Part shown: piece after piece, positions 28,757 to 37,310 of the stretch | Layout of the letters: each line of letters opens with the position of its first letter | Numbering within the stretch: the first letter of the stretch is position 1 | Source: Clostridia bacterium | GTDB taxonomy: Bacteria; Bacillota; Clostridia; TANB77; CAG-465 | DNA length: 64,000 bases | Direction of reading: 5' to 3' | Assembly (NCBI GenBank): GCA_026415435.1 | Contig: JAOAHC010000020.1 | Span: 15,940-79,939 of the forward strand | Program-made: the position numbers and the translations under genes | The notes under the pieces: generated by a model | Told to the model about the DNA's origin: nothing | Databases searched by the model: none | Seen by the model: the letters and a program-made list of their open reading frames with translations, nothing else

Positions 28757-29303
28757 TTTCCAACACAACTCCTACCTTACTTAAAACACTTTCTTCTACT
28801 TTTCTCATTATATTTTTATCTTCTTCATTTTCATGATCATATCCAACTAAATGACAAATACCATGTGTAATCATATATAATAGTTCTCTGACAATACCCG
28901 TTTCATAATTGATTGATTGTTCATATATTACATCTAAACATAGTATGATATCACCTAAATCAAGCTCATTTAAGTGTTTTCTACTTTTCTTATCATCGAG
29001 TCTTAATTCTTCTAGTTCATTTCTAGAGAATATAGGGAAAGAAAGTACATCCGTTACTTTATCCATTTCTCTATACTCCCTATTTAAATTTTTAATTTCT
29101 TCTTTACTTGCAGTTTCAATCGAAATATATATTTTTTCTGTAACTATTTTTTCATACTCAATAAGAGTGTCTGCAATTATCATTATTTTGGCTTTAATAC
29201 TATTTTCTATATCTGCATCACTATTTAACTTAGATGATAAAAAGTTATATATTTCATCATCAATATTTAAATGTAAATTATTATCATCCTTGGTTTGAAT
29301 CAT
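28746..29303 (-). CDS. ybeY: rRNA maturation endoribonuclease YbeY
   Basis: HGICHLVGYDHENEED metal-binding motif. Confidence 0.9.
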   Translation of the reverse strand: MIQTKDDNNLHLNIDDEIYNFLSSKLNSDADIENSIKAKIMIIADTLIEYEKIVTEKIYISIETASKEEIKNLNREYREMDKVTDVLSFPIFSRNELEELRLDDKKSRKHLNELDLGDIILCLDVIYEQSINYETGIVRELLYMITHGICHLVGYDHENEEDKNIMRKVEESVLSKVGVVLENVN

Positions 29304-29305
29304 AA

Positions 29306-30490
29306 TTAATTACTCCTCTCTACGAATTTTCCTATTTCTTCATTTATTGTATATGTCTTAATATATTTTATACCTTCTCCAGTATCAATAACTTGATCTT
29401 GTTCTTTAACATAAGACGCATTTTTTAAAGTTAGTATAATTTTATCTATAAAATTTCTTGCATCTACATTTGCTGTATATAGTAAATCATCTTTTGTATA
29501 CTTAACTTGTTTTTCAATATATTGCTCACATTTGTATAAATCAAATGATATTTCTTTTCCAAATATCTTAATGTTTTTACTACTCTTAGTTATATCATAT
29601 TTTTTATTTTTATTCAAATAGTTTAACATATTTTCTTTATTATTTACTGAAATACCTATGGCATATCTATTGGAGTTTGTGTACTCTTTTATGACAGTTT
29701 CATATTTATATTCTTTATCAAAAATATATTCATTATTTACTCTTATTAAGCCCTTTGCATGAACATATACAGGATCCATAACTTTACTTGTAATTATTCC
29801 TTCTATTAATACATAGTTTTCTTCTATGTAGCTACCTTCTTTATATTTAGCAGTTCCATTTTCTGCAATGATTTTTGTTACAACTCCGGATTTGTCTGCT
29901 ATAATGTTACCCGGAATATTAATATTTAATTTATCTTTATCCGCAACTACTACCTTTTCTACCACCTCAATATTAGCATTTGTTCCATTTATAGATATTC
30001 CAGCCCATGACAGATCTGGTATCTTGGCTCTAAGTGAATTTATTATTTCACCTTTTGAAAGACCTATTTTACTCCTACCTACATATAGTCCACTATTTTT
30101 CAATTCTTCTATTATTTGTTCTTTACTAACAGCAGAATTACCGGTAACATTTATTTTCCATACAAATGAAGAAAATACTATTGAGAATATAATCAGTATT
30201 ATAAACAAAGCAATAAATACCCTTTTTTTTCTGTACTTAAAGAATTTAAAATATATACCTTTTTTATCCTTAATTTTAACCCTACATTTTGTTTTTTTTG
30301 CTATTGGCTTTAACTTCTTAAAATCAGAAATATATATTTTAAATCTTATTACACCCTCAACTATTTGTCGTATATCCCATATTTTAACATTATTTATTTT
30401 GCACAAATTAATGAATCTCTCTGTAAAAAAACCTTCTACTTGTACAGTTAAAATACCTGTAGCCTTTTTTATACTATTGCTAATACCCAT
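29306..30490 (-). CDS. yqfD: Sporulation protein YqfD
   Basis: 394 aa with a central TM segment. Typical yqfC-yqfD-ybeY-dgkA-cdd order, although the usual phoH/yqfF genes are absent. Confidence 0.8.
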   Translation of the reverse strand: MGISNSIKKATGILTVQVEGFFTERFINLCKINNVKIWDIRQIVEGVIRFKIYISDFKKLKPIAKKTKCRVKIKDKKGIYFKFFKYRKKRVFIALFIILIIFSIVFSSFVWKINVTGNSAVSKEQIIEELKNSGLYVGRSKIGLSKGEIINSLRAKIPDLSWAGISINGTNANIEVVEKVVVADKDKLNINIPGNIIADKSGVVTKIIAENGTAKYKEGSYIEENYVLIEGIITSKVMDPVYVHAKGLIRVNNEYIFDKEYKYETVIKEYTNSNRYAIGISVNNKENMLNYLNKNKKYDITKSSKNIKIFGKEISFDLYKCEQYIEKQVKYTKDDLLYTANVDARNFIDKIILTLKNASYVKEQDQVIDTGEGIKYIKTYTINEEIGKFVERSN

Positions 30491-30491
30491 A

Positions 30492-30833
30492 TTACACTCC
30501 TTTATAATTTAAGCTATATATTTCTCCTTGTATTATTAAATCTGAATCTGTTATTTCCTTAATATCCAGATCTTTACCATCAACAACAATATCTGTGTTA
30601 AATGCCTTTATTTTTATATAATTATCGTAATAATCCATTATTTGTTTATATCCTTCTATTAAAACTCTCCTATTTTCAATAACGGTAATTTTTGTAGAAT
30701 TAGTAACTAATTCTTTTGGAATCTCGAAAAATTCTGAAAATGTATCAAGTAGTTTACTTGTTTTGTTTTTACTATTTATATCTTTAATTATACTTTTATA
30801 CCATTTCTTTTTCTCAGTCTTACTAATCTTCAA
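30492..30833 (-). CDS. yqfC: Sporulation protein YqfC (YabP/YqfC family)
   Basis: ...ITVIENRRVLIEGYKQIMDYYDNYIKIKA...LIIQGEIYSLNY is typical of YabP/YqfC. Confidence 0.8.
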   Translation of the reverse strand: MKISKTEKKKWYKSIIKDINSKNKTSKLLDTFSEFFEIPKELVTNSTKITVIENRRVLIEGYKQIMDYYDNYIKIKAFNTDIVVDGKDLDIKEITDSDLIIQGEIYSLNYKGV

Positions 30834-30955
30834 TTAAATCACTCCTTTTACATTATATTAATTCTTAATATTTTTATGAGTTTAAGGGTTCCAATTATTT
30901 TGTATTTTACTGTTAATTTTGTAAAAATAATATATAAATTAATTGTCTTTTATTG

Positions 30956-30984
30956 TTGACATTTATAAAATTATGTAGTATATT
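30956..30984 (+). promoter_or_regulatory. Sigma-A-type promoter for the agrA/agrC-like operon
   Basis: TTGACA (30956-61), a 17-nt spacer, then TATATT (30979-84), ~36 nt upstream of the ATG at 31021. Confidence 0.5.
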
Positions 30985-31020
30985 ATAAGTGTAAAAAAAT
31001 GGAATTCGAGGTATTAGTAT

Positions 31021-31698
31021 ATGATAAGAATAGGTATGTGCGATGATGAAATAATTACTATAAAATCTATTGCCAAAATAATTGAATCGAGAATAATAGA
31101 ATATGATTTTGATGCCGAGATTACAACTATAACTGACGATCAAGACAAAATATATGAATTAATAAAAAATAATGCTATAGACGTGCTAATATTAGATATT
31201 GACTTTGGAAATAACAAAAGAAATGGTCTAGAATTTGCCCACGAACTACGAAAAATCAATAAAGATTTTTATCTTGTTTTTTTATCTGCTCATCCGAGAT
31301 ATATGCATGTTTCCTTTGTTAATAAAACTTTTGACTATTTAGTCAAACCAATACATCCTAATGCAATTGCTGAGTTTGTATTTAGATTAAAAGAAGAATT
31401 TCAGCAAAATAAAAAGATGTTTTTACATGTAAACAAATCATTATCGATAAGAACTGATGATATTTTCTATATTGAAAAGCAAGGTAATAAAGCTTTAATA
31501 TATACCAGTACTACAATATACACAATGATAAATAATAGTCTTGATAGATTATTAGATATATTACCTAACAATTTTAGAAAATGCCACAGATCATACATTA
31601 TAAATGAAGAAAAAATACTTAGTATTGATAAAAAAAACGGCAATGTTTGCCTTGGGAAAGATGTATACTGCCCCATAAATATAAAGTATTTGATATAA
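31021..31698 (+). CDS. LytTR-family response regulator (AgrA-like)
   Basis: Receiver domain (IRIGMCDDE...LILDIDF...) plus a LytTR domain (DDIFYIEKQGNKALIYT...CHRSYIIN). Confidence 0.85.
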   Translation: MIRIGMCDDEIITIKSIAKIIESRIIEYDFDAEITTITDDQDKIYELIKNNAIDVLILDIDFGNNKRNGLEFAHELRKINKDFYLVFLSAHPRYMHVSFVNKTFDYLVKPIHPNAIAEFVFRLKEEFQQNKKMFLHVNKSLSIRTDDIFYIEKQGNKALIYTSTTIYTMINNSLDRLLDILPNNFRKCHRSYIINEEKILSIDKKNGNVCLGKDVYCPINIKYLI

Positions 31699-31734
31699 CT
31701 GCTATTTTAGTTAATTATTTTTAGGGGGATTTTT

Positions 31735-33048
31735 ATGTTAAATTTAGTTTTAAATGTTTTCAGTATACTTATCCAAGCATTGGCATGTGGATATTTTATT
31801 GAATCTATTACTCAAATTGGGACTATAAACAAATATGATAAAAATAAAAGATTGATAATTTATTTATCTTTGCTTTTACTGGTTTCTGTTAATAGATTTA
31901 TTGCATTCCCGTATAATACGATAATATCAATAGTATATCAATTTTTCCTTGTTAGCTTTATTTTAAAAGTTAAACCTATAAAATCATTATTCTTTTCAAT
32001 AATATTTTTTGTGGTTTTATCAATACTAGAAATTGTATGTGTATACCTTTTTATGATAATATTTAATCAAAATGGTGAGGAATTATTAAAATTGCCTGTA
32101 TACTACAATTTAGTAATTGTAATGCATAGTGTTTTACTTATGTTTATAACCTATCTGATAAATACTTTTGCAAACAAAAAGGAATTCTTCAAAAACTTTT
32201 TCATTGGAATTAACTTAAAGCAAATTAGATTTTTTCTAATTGTATCATCAATTTGTATAATACCACAAATAATTATATTTGCACTTAATAGATATAATTA
32301 TTCAATACCATTTCTAATACTTAACTCGATACAAATGATAATCTTTTGTTTATTAATATTTACATATATTAAAAGGTCTGCTGAATATGAAAAAACACAA
32401 AACGAATTAACAATATCGGAGTTACATAATAAAACAATGGTTAGCATGGTAGATGGTGTTAGAATACTAAAGCATGACTACAACAATATTATTCAAGCAA
32501 TGAGTGGATATGTTTCAACAAAACAATATGACAAACTTGAAGAACATATATCAAAAGTTTTAAAAGAGTGTAATGCAATAAATACTACATCAACAATAAC
32601 ACCAGAATTATTTAATGAACCTGCCATATATGGAATTGTTGGAGCTAAATATTTTATAGCTATTGAAAAAGAAATAACAGTGGATGTAAGTATAGGAATA
32701 AATATATCAGAGATTAATTTTCCAATGCCTGAGCTTTCTAGAATATTAGGTATATTACTCGATAATGCTATTGAAGCAACATGTAAGGTACCTAGCAAAC
32801 ATATAAAAATTGAGTTTAAATATGATCAAAGAAAAAATGCTGATGTAATCAAAATATATAATACATTTGATACTACAATTAAAATAGATTTAGAAAAAAT
32901 ATTTAATAAAGATTTTTCAACTAAAGAGATAAAGTCTGGAATAGGTTTATGGGAAGCAAAGAAATTGGTAAACAAAACTAAAAATGCTCAAATATATGCA
33001 ACTATTGAAAAAGATAAGTTTGTACAAAATATAATAGTTGAGAGATAG
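31735..33048 (+). CDS. AgrC-like GHKL sensor histidine kinase (6-7 TM sensor plus HATPase_c_5)
   Basis: Polytopic N-terminal half. H-box-like KHDYNN, N-box LLDNAIEA, and G-box SGIGLWEAK. Confidence 0.85.
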   Translation: MLNLVLNVFSILIQALACGYFIESITQIGTINKYDKNKRLIIYLSLLLLVSVNRFIAFPYNTIISIVYQFFLVSFILKVKPIKSLFFSIIFFVVLSILEIVCVYLFMIIFNQNGEELLKLPVYYNLVIVMHSVLLMFITYLINTFANKKEFFKNFFIGINLKQIRFFLIVSSICIIPQIIIFALNRYNYSIPFLILNSIQMIIFCLLIFTYIKRSAEYEKTQNELTISELHNKTMVSMVDGVRILKHDYNNIIQAMSGYVSTKQYDKLEEHISKVLKECNAINTTSTITPELFNEPAIYGIVGAKYFIAIEKEITVDVSIGINISEINFPMPELSRILGILLDNAIEATCKVPSKHIKIEFKYDQRKNADVIKIYNTFDTTIKIDLEKIFNKDFSTKEIKSGIGLWEAKKLVNKTKNAQIYATIEKDKFVQNIIVER

Positions 33049-33073
33049 TTGATTTAGAATAAATATAGAAATT

Positions 33074-33102
33074 AAAATGAGGTGTTTTTGACACCTCATT
33101 TT
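33074..33102. terminator. Bidirectional terminator shared by the convergent agrC-like and agrD genes
   Basis: AAAATGAGGTGT-TTTTG-ACACCTCATTTT lies between the stops at 33048 (+) and 33153 (-). Confidence 0.7.
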
Positions 33103-33152
33103 AGATTAATTTCAATTTATCAAAAATCAACTATTTTTTAATTAAAATAGGG

Positions 33153-33266
33153 CTATTTTTTTATCAAGCATCTTGGTGCTTTTGGTTGATGGAATAACAA
33201 TACGACGCAACTGTTAGTTGATGATCTTGCATATGATTCTACTATTTTTTTCAATAATTTTTTCAT
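33153..33266 (-). CDS. agrD: AgrD-type autoinducing-peptide precursor (37 aa)
   Basis: Too short for the ORF track. SD AAAGGGGGG lies 6 nt before the ATG. Translation: MKKLLKKIVESYARSSTNSCVVLLFHQPKAPRCLIKK. It has an amphipathic leader, a Cys followed by hydrophobic residues, then the HQP..P motif seen in clostridial AgrD. It is downstream of agrB on the same strand. Confidence 0.75.
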   Translation of the reverse strand: MKKLLKKIVESYARSSTNSCVVLLFHQPKAPRCLIKK

Positions 33267-33486
33267 ATAATTCCCCCCTTTTTATATGATATATATCTTC
33301 TAAATTTTTGTTTAATATAACTGTCTAAATATTACTTATACTATTTTGGTAAATATTTAACATTAAAATTATATTTCAAACTATTTCATGAACTTTAAAT
33401 AACATTATAATAACATGTAATTTAGAAGATTATATTTTTTATATATAAGAACAATTCCTAGGTTAATCATCCTTATTATAACTTTG

Positions 33487-34125
33487 TTAATTGCCTATAA
33501 GATCTTTAAATTCGTCTGATTCATAACTGTACTTACACCTTAAAAATCTATACACAGGCTTAGTAGTCATTATATTTATAAATAATAAAACATAAATTAT
33601 CATTTCTTTATATTCCATATTTTTTACAAATAAAATAAACACTAAATATATTAAGTTTATTGATATGAAAGCAAATATTTTTAGTTTCTTTCTTTGTTCT
33701 TTATTAATAATAGGTATTTCTTCAGTATCAGCAGGTGCTATTTTATAAATAACATATACCGATAATATATAATTTAAGATATATAGTATAACTAGTACAA
33801 TATTACTTATATAAGTTACTTTAGCAAGTAATATAGATCCTATCAGATATAGCGTTGAATATATGAAACATTCTATATTTGTTCTTGCATGTGCTCCTCC
33901 AACAAATGTTTTATATACTAAATTAATGAGAAACACCACACCAAGTTGAGGCAATATATTTAAAAAATATGCTATTATTATTATTGCTGTAAATTTAGGT
34001 ATATCTTCTACTATTCTCTTTACTCCAAATAAAAGAATTTCTCTTTTTTCTTCAGATACTTCTTCATCTTTTATAAGTACATTATCCAAAAAATAATTAC
34101 TTATTTTTTCAACCATATCTATCAC
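33487..34125 (-). CDS. agrB: AgrB-family accessory gene regulator (AIP-processing membrane peptidase)
   Basis: 212-aa polytopic protein. ...FGVKRIVEDIPKF...TFVGGAHART matches the AgrB pattern (G.H in the conserved region), and it is adjacent to agrD. Confidence 0.8.
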   Translation of the reverse strand: MIDMVEKISNYFLDNVLIKDEEVSEEKREILLFGVKRIVEDIPKFTAIIIIAYFLNILPQLGVVFLINLVYKTFVGGAHARTNIECFIYSTLYLIGSILLAKVTYISNIVLVILYILNYILSVYVIYKIAPADTEEIPIINKEQRKKLKIFAFISINLIYLVFILFVKNMEYKEMIIYVLLFINIMTTKPVYRFLRCKYSYESDEFKDLIGN

Positions 34126-34280
34126 CTAACATCTTGTTTTAATTATACTTTATAATTTAATAATAATTTATTATATATTATAATTTATTTCCTTTTTTAT
34201 TTAAATTATCATTAAAGTATTATTTTATAAAAAATATAAACTTTTCATGTCATATTATATAATATTTCACAGAATAATTT

Positions 34281-34302
34281 TACATATTTTAAAAAATATG
34301 TA
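34281..34302. promoter_or_regulatory. Perfect 22-bp palindrome, candidate operator in the agrB/peroxiredoxin divergent promoter region
   Basis: TACATATTTT-AA-AAAATATGTA, ~110 nt upstream of the prx ATG (34412). Confidence 0.3.
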
Positions 34303-34411
34303 GAAAATATATCATATTACTATTAAATCATATTTATAACTACAAATTTTGCTTTGTTTGTAACATTTATATATATATATCATAACATATGAATAAAGGA
34401 GGGTTTTTTTA

Positions 34412-34611
34412 ATGGAAAAAAACAATAATTATATGCAAACTGATAATAACTTAATACAAATATCAGATGGTGGCATTGTAGGAAAACCTATTGGAATTGG
34501 TGATAACGCACCTAAATTTAGTGCTCAAACTACATTCGGTATGATAAATTTAGATGATTACAGAGGAAAGTGGCTTATATTTTTCTCACATCCAGGTGGT
34601 TTTACACCTGT
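34412..34611 (+). pseudogene. 1-Cys (Prx6-type) peroxiredoxin, 5' fragment interrupted by an integrated element
   Basis: ...GDNAPKFSAQTTFGMINLDDYRGKWLIFFSHPGGFTPV, after which the frame reads into element DNA (GTLLLNLLVKSTVYPH*). The canonical continuation CTTEF is found at 40896 onward. Confidence 0.85.
34603..34611. repeat. attL core TACACCTGT (shared 9-mer at the element boundary)
   Basis: An identical 9-mer occurs at 40886..40894. Both lie in the prx reading frame (..ACA CCT GT.). Confidence 0.75.
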
Positions 34612-34635
34612 AGGAACGCTGCTGTTGAATTTATT

Positions 34636-34689
34636 AGTAAAAAGTACAGTTTATCCTCATTAATTTGAGTTTAAACTGTACTTTTTACT
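34636..34689 (-). terminator. Terminator closing the element's cargo operon (bidirectional hairpin)
   Basis: AGTAAAAAGTACAGTTTA ... TAAACTGTACTTTTTACT (18-bp arms), 16 nt downstream of the stop at 34705. Confidence 0.7.
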
Positions 34690-34704
34690 AATTAACATAT
34701 ACCT

Positions 34705-35175
34705 TTATATTCTGGTAACCTCTATTATAGTAATTTTGCAACCATTGAAATCAACAGTTTCATTAACTTTTTTACCAATAAGTACTTGCGGAATAGGTGC
34801 GTCACAAGATAATATATTGTTATCAATATCACCTTCTCCACTTCCAAGAATATCATATTCTACAATATCACCTTCAAAATTAATTTTTATTCTAGAACCC
34901 ATTATAACAGTTTCACCATCAAAATTGATATATTCAGGCATTTCTTCGATCACAATGCAATTATTGTATTTTTCCCATAGATCTTGCTTTTTCTTAGGTA
35001 ATTCGTACATCGATTTCACTCTTAATGCCATAAAATCAGGATTTTCTCTTAAATCATTATCCATCTTTACGCTTTCACCCATTTTTAAATTTGTTTTTGT
35101 TATCTCTTCATCAATATTTAAATATTCTTTATGTAGCTTTTCCTTACCATTTCTTGTTATATAATATTTCTTCAT
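34705..35175 (-). CDS. GreA/GreB-family transcript-cleavage factor paralogue (element-borne)
   Basis: YYITRNGKEKLHKEYLNI..., a coiled-coil tip motif D41-L-R-E44-N (GreA has D41/E44), and a C-terminal domain VIMGSRIKINFEGDIVEYDILGSGEGD...ILSCDAPIPQVLIGKKVNETV. Confidence 0.75.
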   Translation of the reverse strand: MKKYYITRNGKEKLHKEYLNIDEEITKTNLKMGESVKMDNDLRENPDFMALRVKSMYELPKKKQDLWEKYNNCIVIEEMPEYINFDGETVIMGSRIKINFEGDIVEYDILGSGEGDIDNNILSCDAPIPQVLIGKKVNETVDFNGCKITIIEVTRI

Positions 35176-35642
35176 ATTCCCTCCTTCTGTATATTACAAC
35201 TATTTTGCTCCTCCCTTAATATTGTTCTTGCCTTAACAAGTATTTTACCATAATTATTTTGACCTGTTTTATTAGGTCCACATCCCCAATATTCCTCTTT
35301 AACCGTATCCTCCACTATCTCCTCTTCTCCTGTATCTAATAATTTTTCTAGTATATTTGGATTAGCTCTGAATTTTAGCAAGACCCCTTCAAGCATTATT
35401 TCTTGTTTTACTTTATCCCAGTCTTCTCTTATTTTATTATTTCTATCTCTGCCAATATTAGAAGCTTCTTTAGGTGTTTCTGCATCAAGTATTTCTTGCT
35501 TAATTTCGCATTCGATAACTTTGCTATATTGATAAAAATGTTCATTTGTCTTAAAAAATATATCTTCCTTATAGAAACCATGAGATGAGTATGTAGCTAG
35601 ATATCCAAGTGGTCCAAACTCTTTATAAAAATGTATTGCCAT
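35172..35642 (-). CDS. NADAR (YbiA/DUF1768) family protein
   Basis: IHFYKEFGPLGYL...FKTNEHFYQYSK...EDWDKVKQEIMLEGVLLKFRANPNILEKLLDTGEEEIVE....EYWGCG.N.TGQNNYGKILVKAR matches the NADAR signature. Confidence 0.8.
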   Translation of the reverse strand: MAIHFYKEFGPLGYLATYSSHGFYKEDIFFKTNEHFYQYSKVIECEIKQEILDAETPKEASNIGRDRNNKIREDWDKVKQEIMLEGVLLKFRANPNILEKLLDTGEEEIVEDTVKEEYWGCGPNKTGQNNYGKILVKARTILREEQNSCNIQKEGI

Positions 35643-35644
35643 AG

Positions 35645-37306
35645 CTATTTTCTCCTTTGCCCTGGTATTAAATAGTCATATTTTAAATTTTCTGTATCAA
35701 GAGTCTCATTACCCTTACTCAAATTTATCTTTTTTCTGAACTCAACTTGCCCATTTTCAGCTGAAGTAGCTGAAAGATTAAGTTTTTCTATTACAATACT
35801 GTCCTCATAATCACAACTTAATCTCCATGCGTATCCTTCCATAGTCATTGTACTGTTATGTGACCCATAATTTCTTTCATGGTTTGGAGTTAATGGCTCA
35901 TTTTCCTTATATGTCAGTCCCTCAAACTCCTTTAGCGCCCTGCCAAGATTACATATTATACCTGTATCGATCGTAAAATCAGGATCAAAAAACAAACTTG
36001 CTGAATAACCTGATTCTTGCAAAGCATCCACATAAGAATCTATCATTGGCAATAATTCTAAATTAATATAGTTTGATTTTTCCTCATTATTTACTTTTAA
36101 ATAATTATCTGCATGCTTCCTGCACAATTCTAATACATTATACACATCTTCCCAAGTTGCTGAATCAAATTTATCTAAACTCCCAATTTTAAATAATCTT
36201 TTATATTCAAAAATTGCATTAAGGAAGAATCTCTCCGTTATTATATACCCTGGTCTTTCCCTTTGACTAGTTTTAGGATATACATTTATTCCATAATTCC
36301 CGTTTTCTGTAAGTCTTGGTCCTATTGAATAATATATTCCATCAGAATTGCAGAGCATATAAACTTCTGATAATTTGTATTTTGAAAGCCCCTTGAGTAT
36401 AAATTTATGAGCTATTCTTTGTACTTCCTCTTTATTTCTAGGACTTTCGTATAGACTTATCTCATAAAAATATATCGGTGTTTCTGTTAATTTTATTAAA
36501 TGATCATATGGATCAGCTATCTTTGATATATAAATATTAACACTTTTGTTTTTTGATATATACATATGATTATTAGCACATATAACTGTATGTTCTAGTA
36601 CATTAATATCATAAACTTCACAATTTTTTACTAAAGGTTTATATCTAAGTTCAACACACATCTGTCTACTACCACTACCATATCTATCATAATATGGCCT
36701 GTATAGTGATAAAAAATTAGCAATGTCTTTTGAATAATCATGTCTACTATATTGTGCGCTACCATCATTACACCAACCTTTTGCATAAGGAGTAAATGAT
36801 AATCTAACCCCTGCAAGAGTATCAATTAGAGTATTATTGATTTTTTTGTGCATATCATTTAATTCTTTATTATATCGACTGTATCCAACAGTTGAAATTC
36901 GTGTTTTTACTCCTAACTCATTATATACCAATGCTAAAAATTTATCAAGATAAAAGTAGTTTCCAATATCATTGTCAAGGTATGAAAATATAACACCATT
37001 TCTATGTTCATTTCTATCCCAAACAATAAGAGGAAATTCGAAGTTTCTTTTCAAAGTCTCATACTTTATGGCTGCAATTACATTTCTTTGTCTCTTTTCA
37101 GTCCAATATTCTGTCTTTGTACCAGCCAATTTACTGCATATCTTGCATGAATTTAAACATCCGATTTGTGGTTGAAAGTGCCTTACTTTTGAAAAAAAGC
37201 TATCCGGCAAACTTTCAAGCTCTGCCGCTATTTTCCGCCTCTCATTGTAATCTTCCTCACTTATACCTTGTTCTTCATCTGACAATAAATATTCAAAATA
37301 TAACAT
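35645..37306 (-). CDS. 553-aa protein with an N-terminal CX3CX2C motif (divergent radical-SAM-like) and a ~300-aa C-terminal region of unknown function
   Basis: QIGC50LNSC54KIC57S, followed by segments with radical-SAM-like strand patterns (GVIFSYLDND, TRISTVGYS, GVRLSFTPY). The canonical GGE motif is absent and nothing is recognised in the C-terminal half. Confidence 0.45.
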   Translation of the reverse strand: MLYFEYLLSDEEQGISEEDYNERRKIAAELESLPDSFFSKVRHFQPQIGCLNSCKICSKLAGTKTEYWTEKRQRNVIAAIKYETLKRNFEFPLIVWDRNEHRNGVIFSYLDNDIGNYFYLDKFLALVYNELGVKTRISTVGYSRYNKELNDMHKKINNTLIDTLAGVRLSFTPYAKGWCNDGSAQYSRHDYSKDIANFLSLYRPYYDRYGSGSRQMCVELRYKPLVKNCEVYDINVLEHTVICANNHMYISKNKSVNIYISKIADPYDHLIKLTETPIYFYEISLYESPRNKEEVQRIAHKFILKGLSKYKLSEVYMLCNSDGIYYSIGPRLTENGNYGINVYPKTSQRERPGYIITERFFLNAIFEYKRLFKIGSLDKFDSATWEDVYNVLELCRKHADNYLKVNNEEKSNYINLELLPMIDSYVDALQESGYSASLFFDPDFTIDTGIICNLGRALKEFEGLTYKENEPLTPNHERNYGSHNSTMTMEGYAWRLSCDYEDSIVIEKLNLSATSAENGQVEFRKKINLSKGNETLDTENLKYDYLIPGQRRK

Positions 37307-37310
37307 GATG

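Noticed and set aside
30913-31143. 76-aa minus-strand ORF overlapping the agrA-like start
   Set aside because: It overlaps a canonical promoter and the 5' end of a well-supported LytTR regulator gene. Its composition is hydrophobic and Tyr/Phe/Ile-rich, typical of AT-rich antisense frames.
34612-34663. C-terminal tail GTLLLNLLVKSTVYPH of track ORF 34412..34663 as genuine protein sequence
   Set aside because: It begins exactly where the Prx alignment breaks (the catalytic Cys is expected there) and lies in the element's inverted-repeat arm. It is read-through into inserted DNA.
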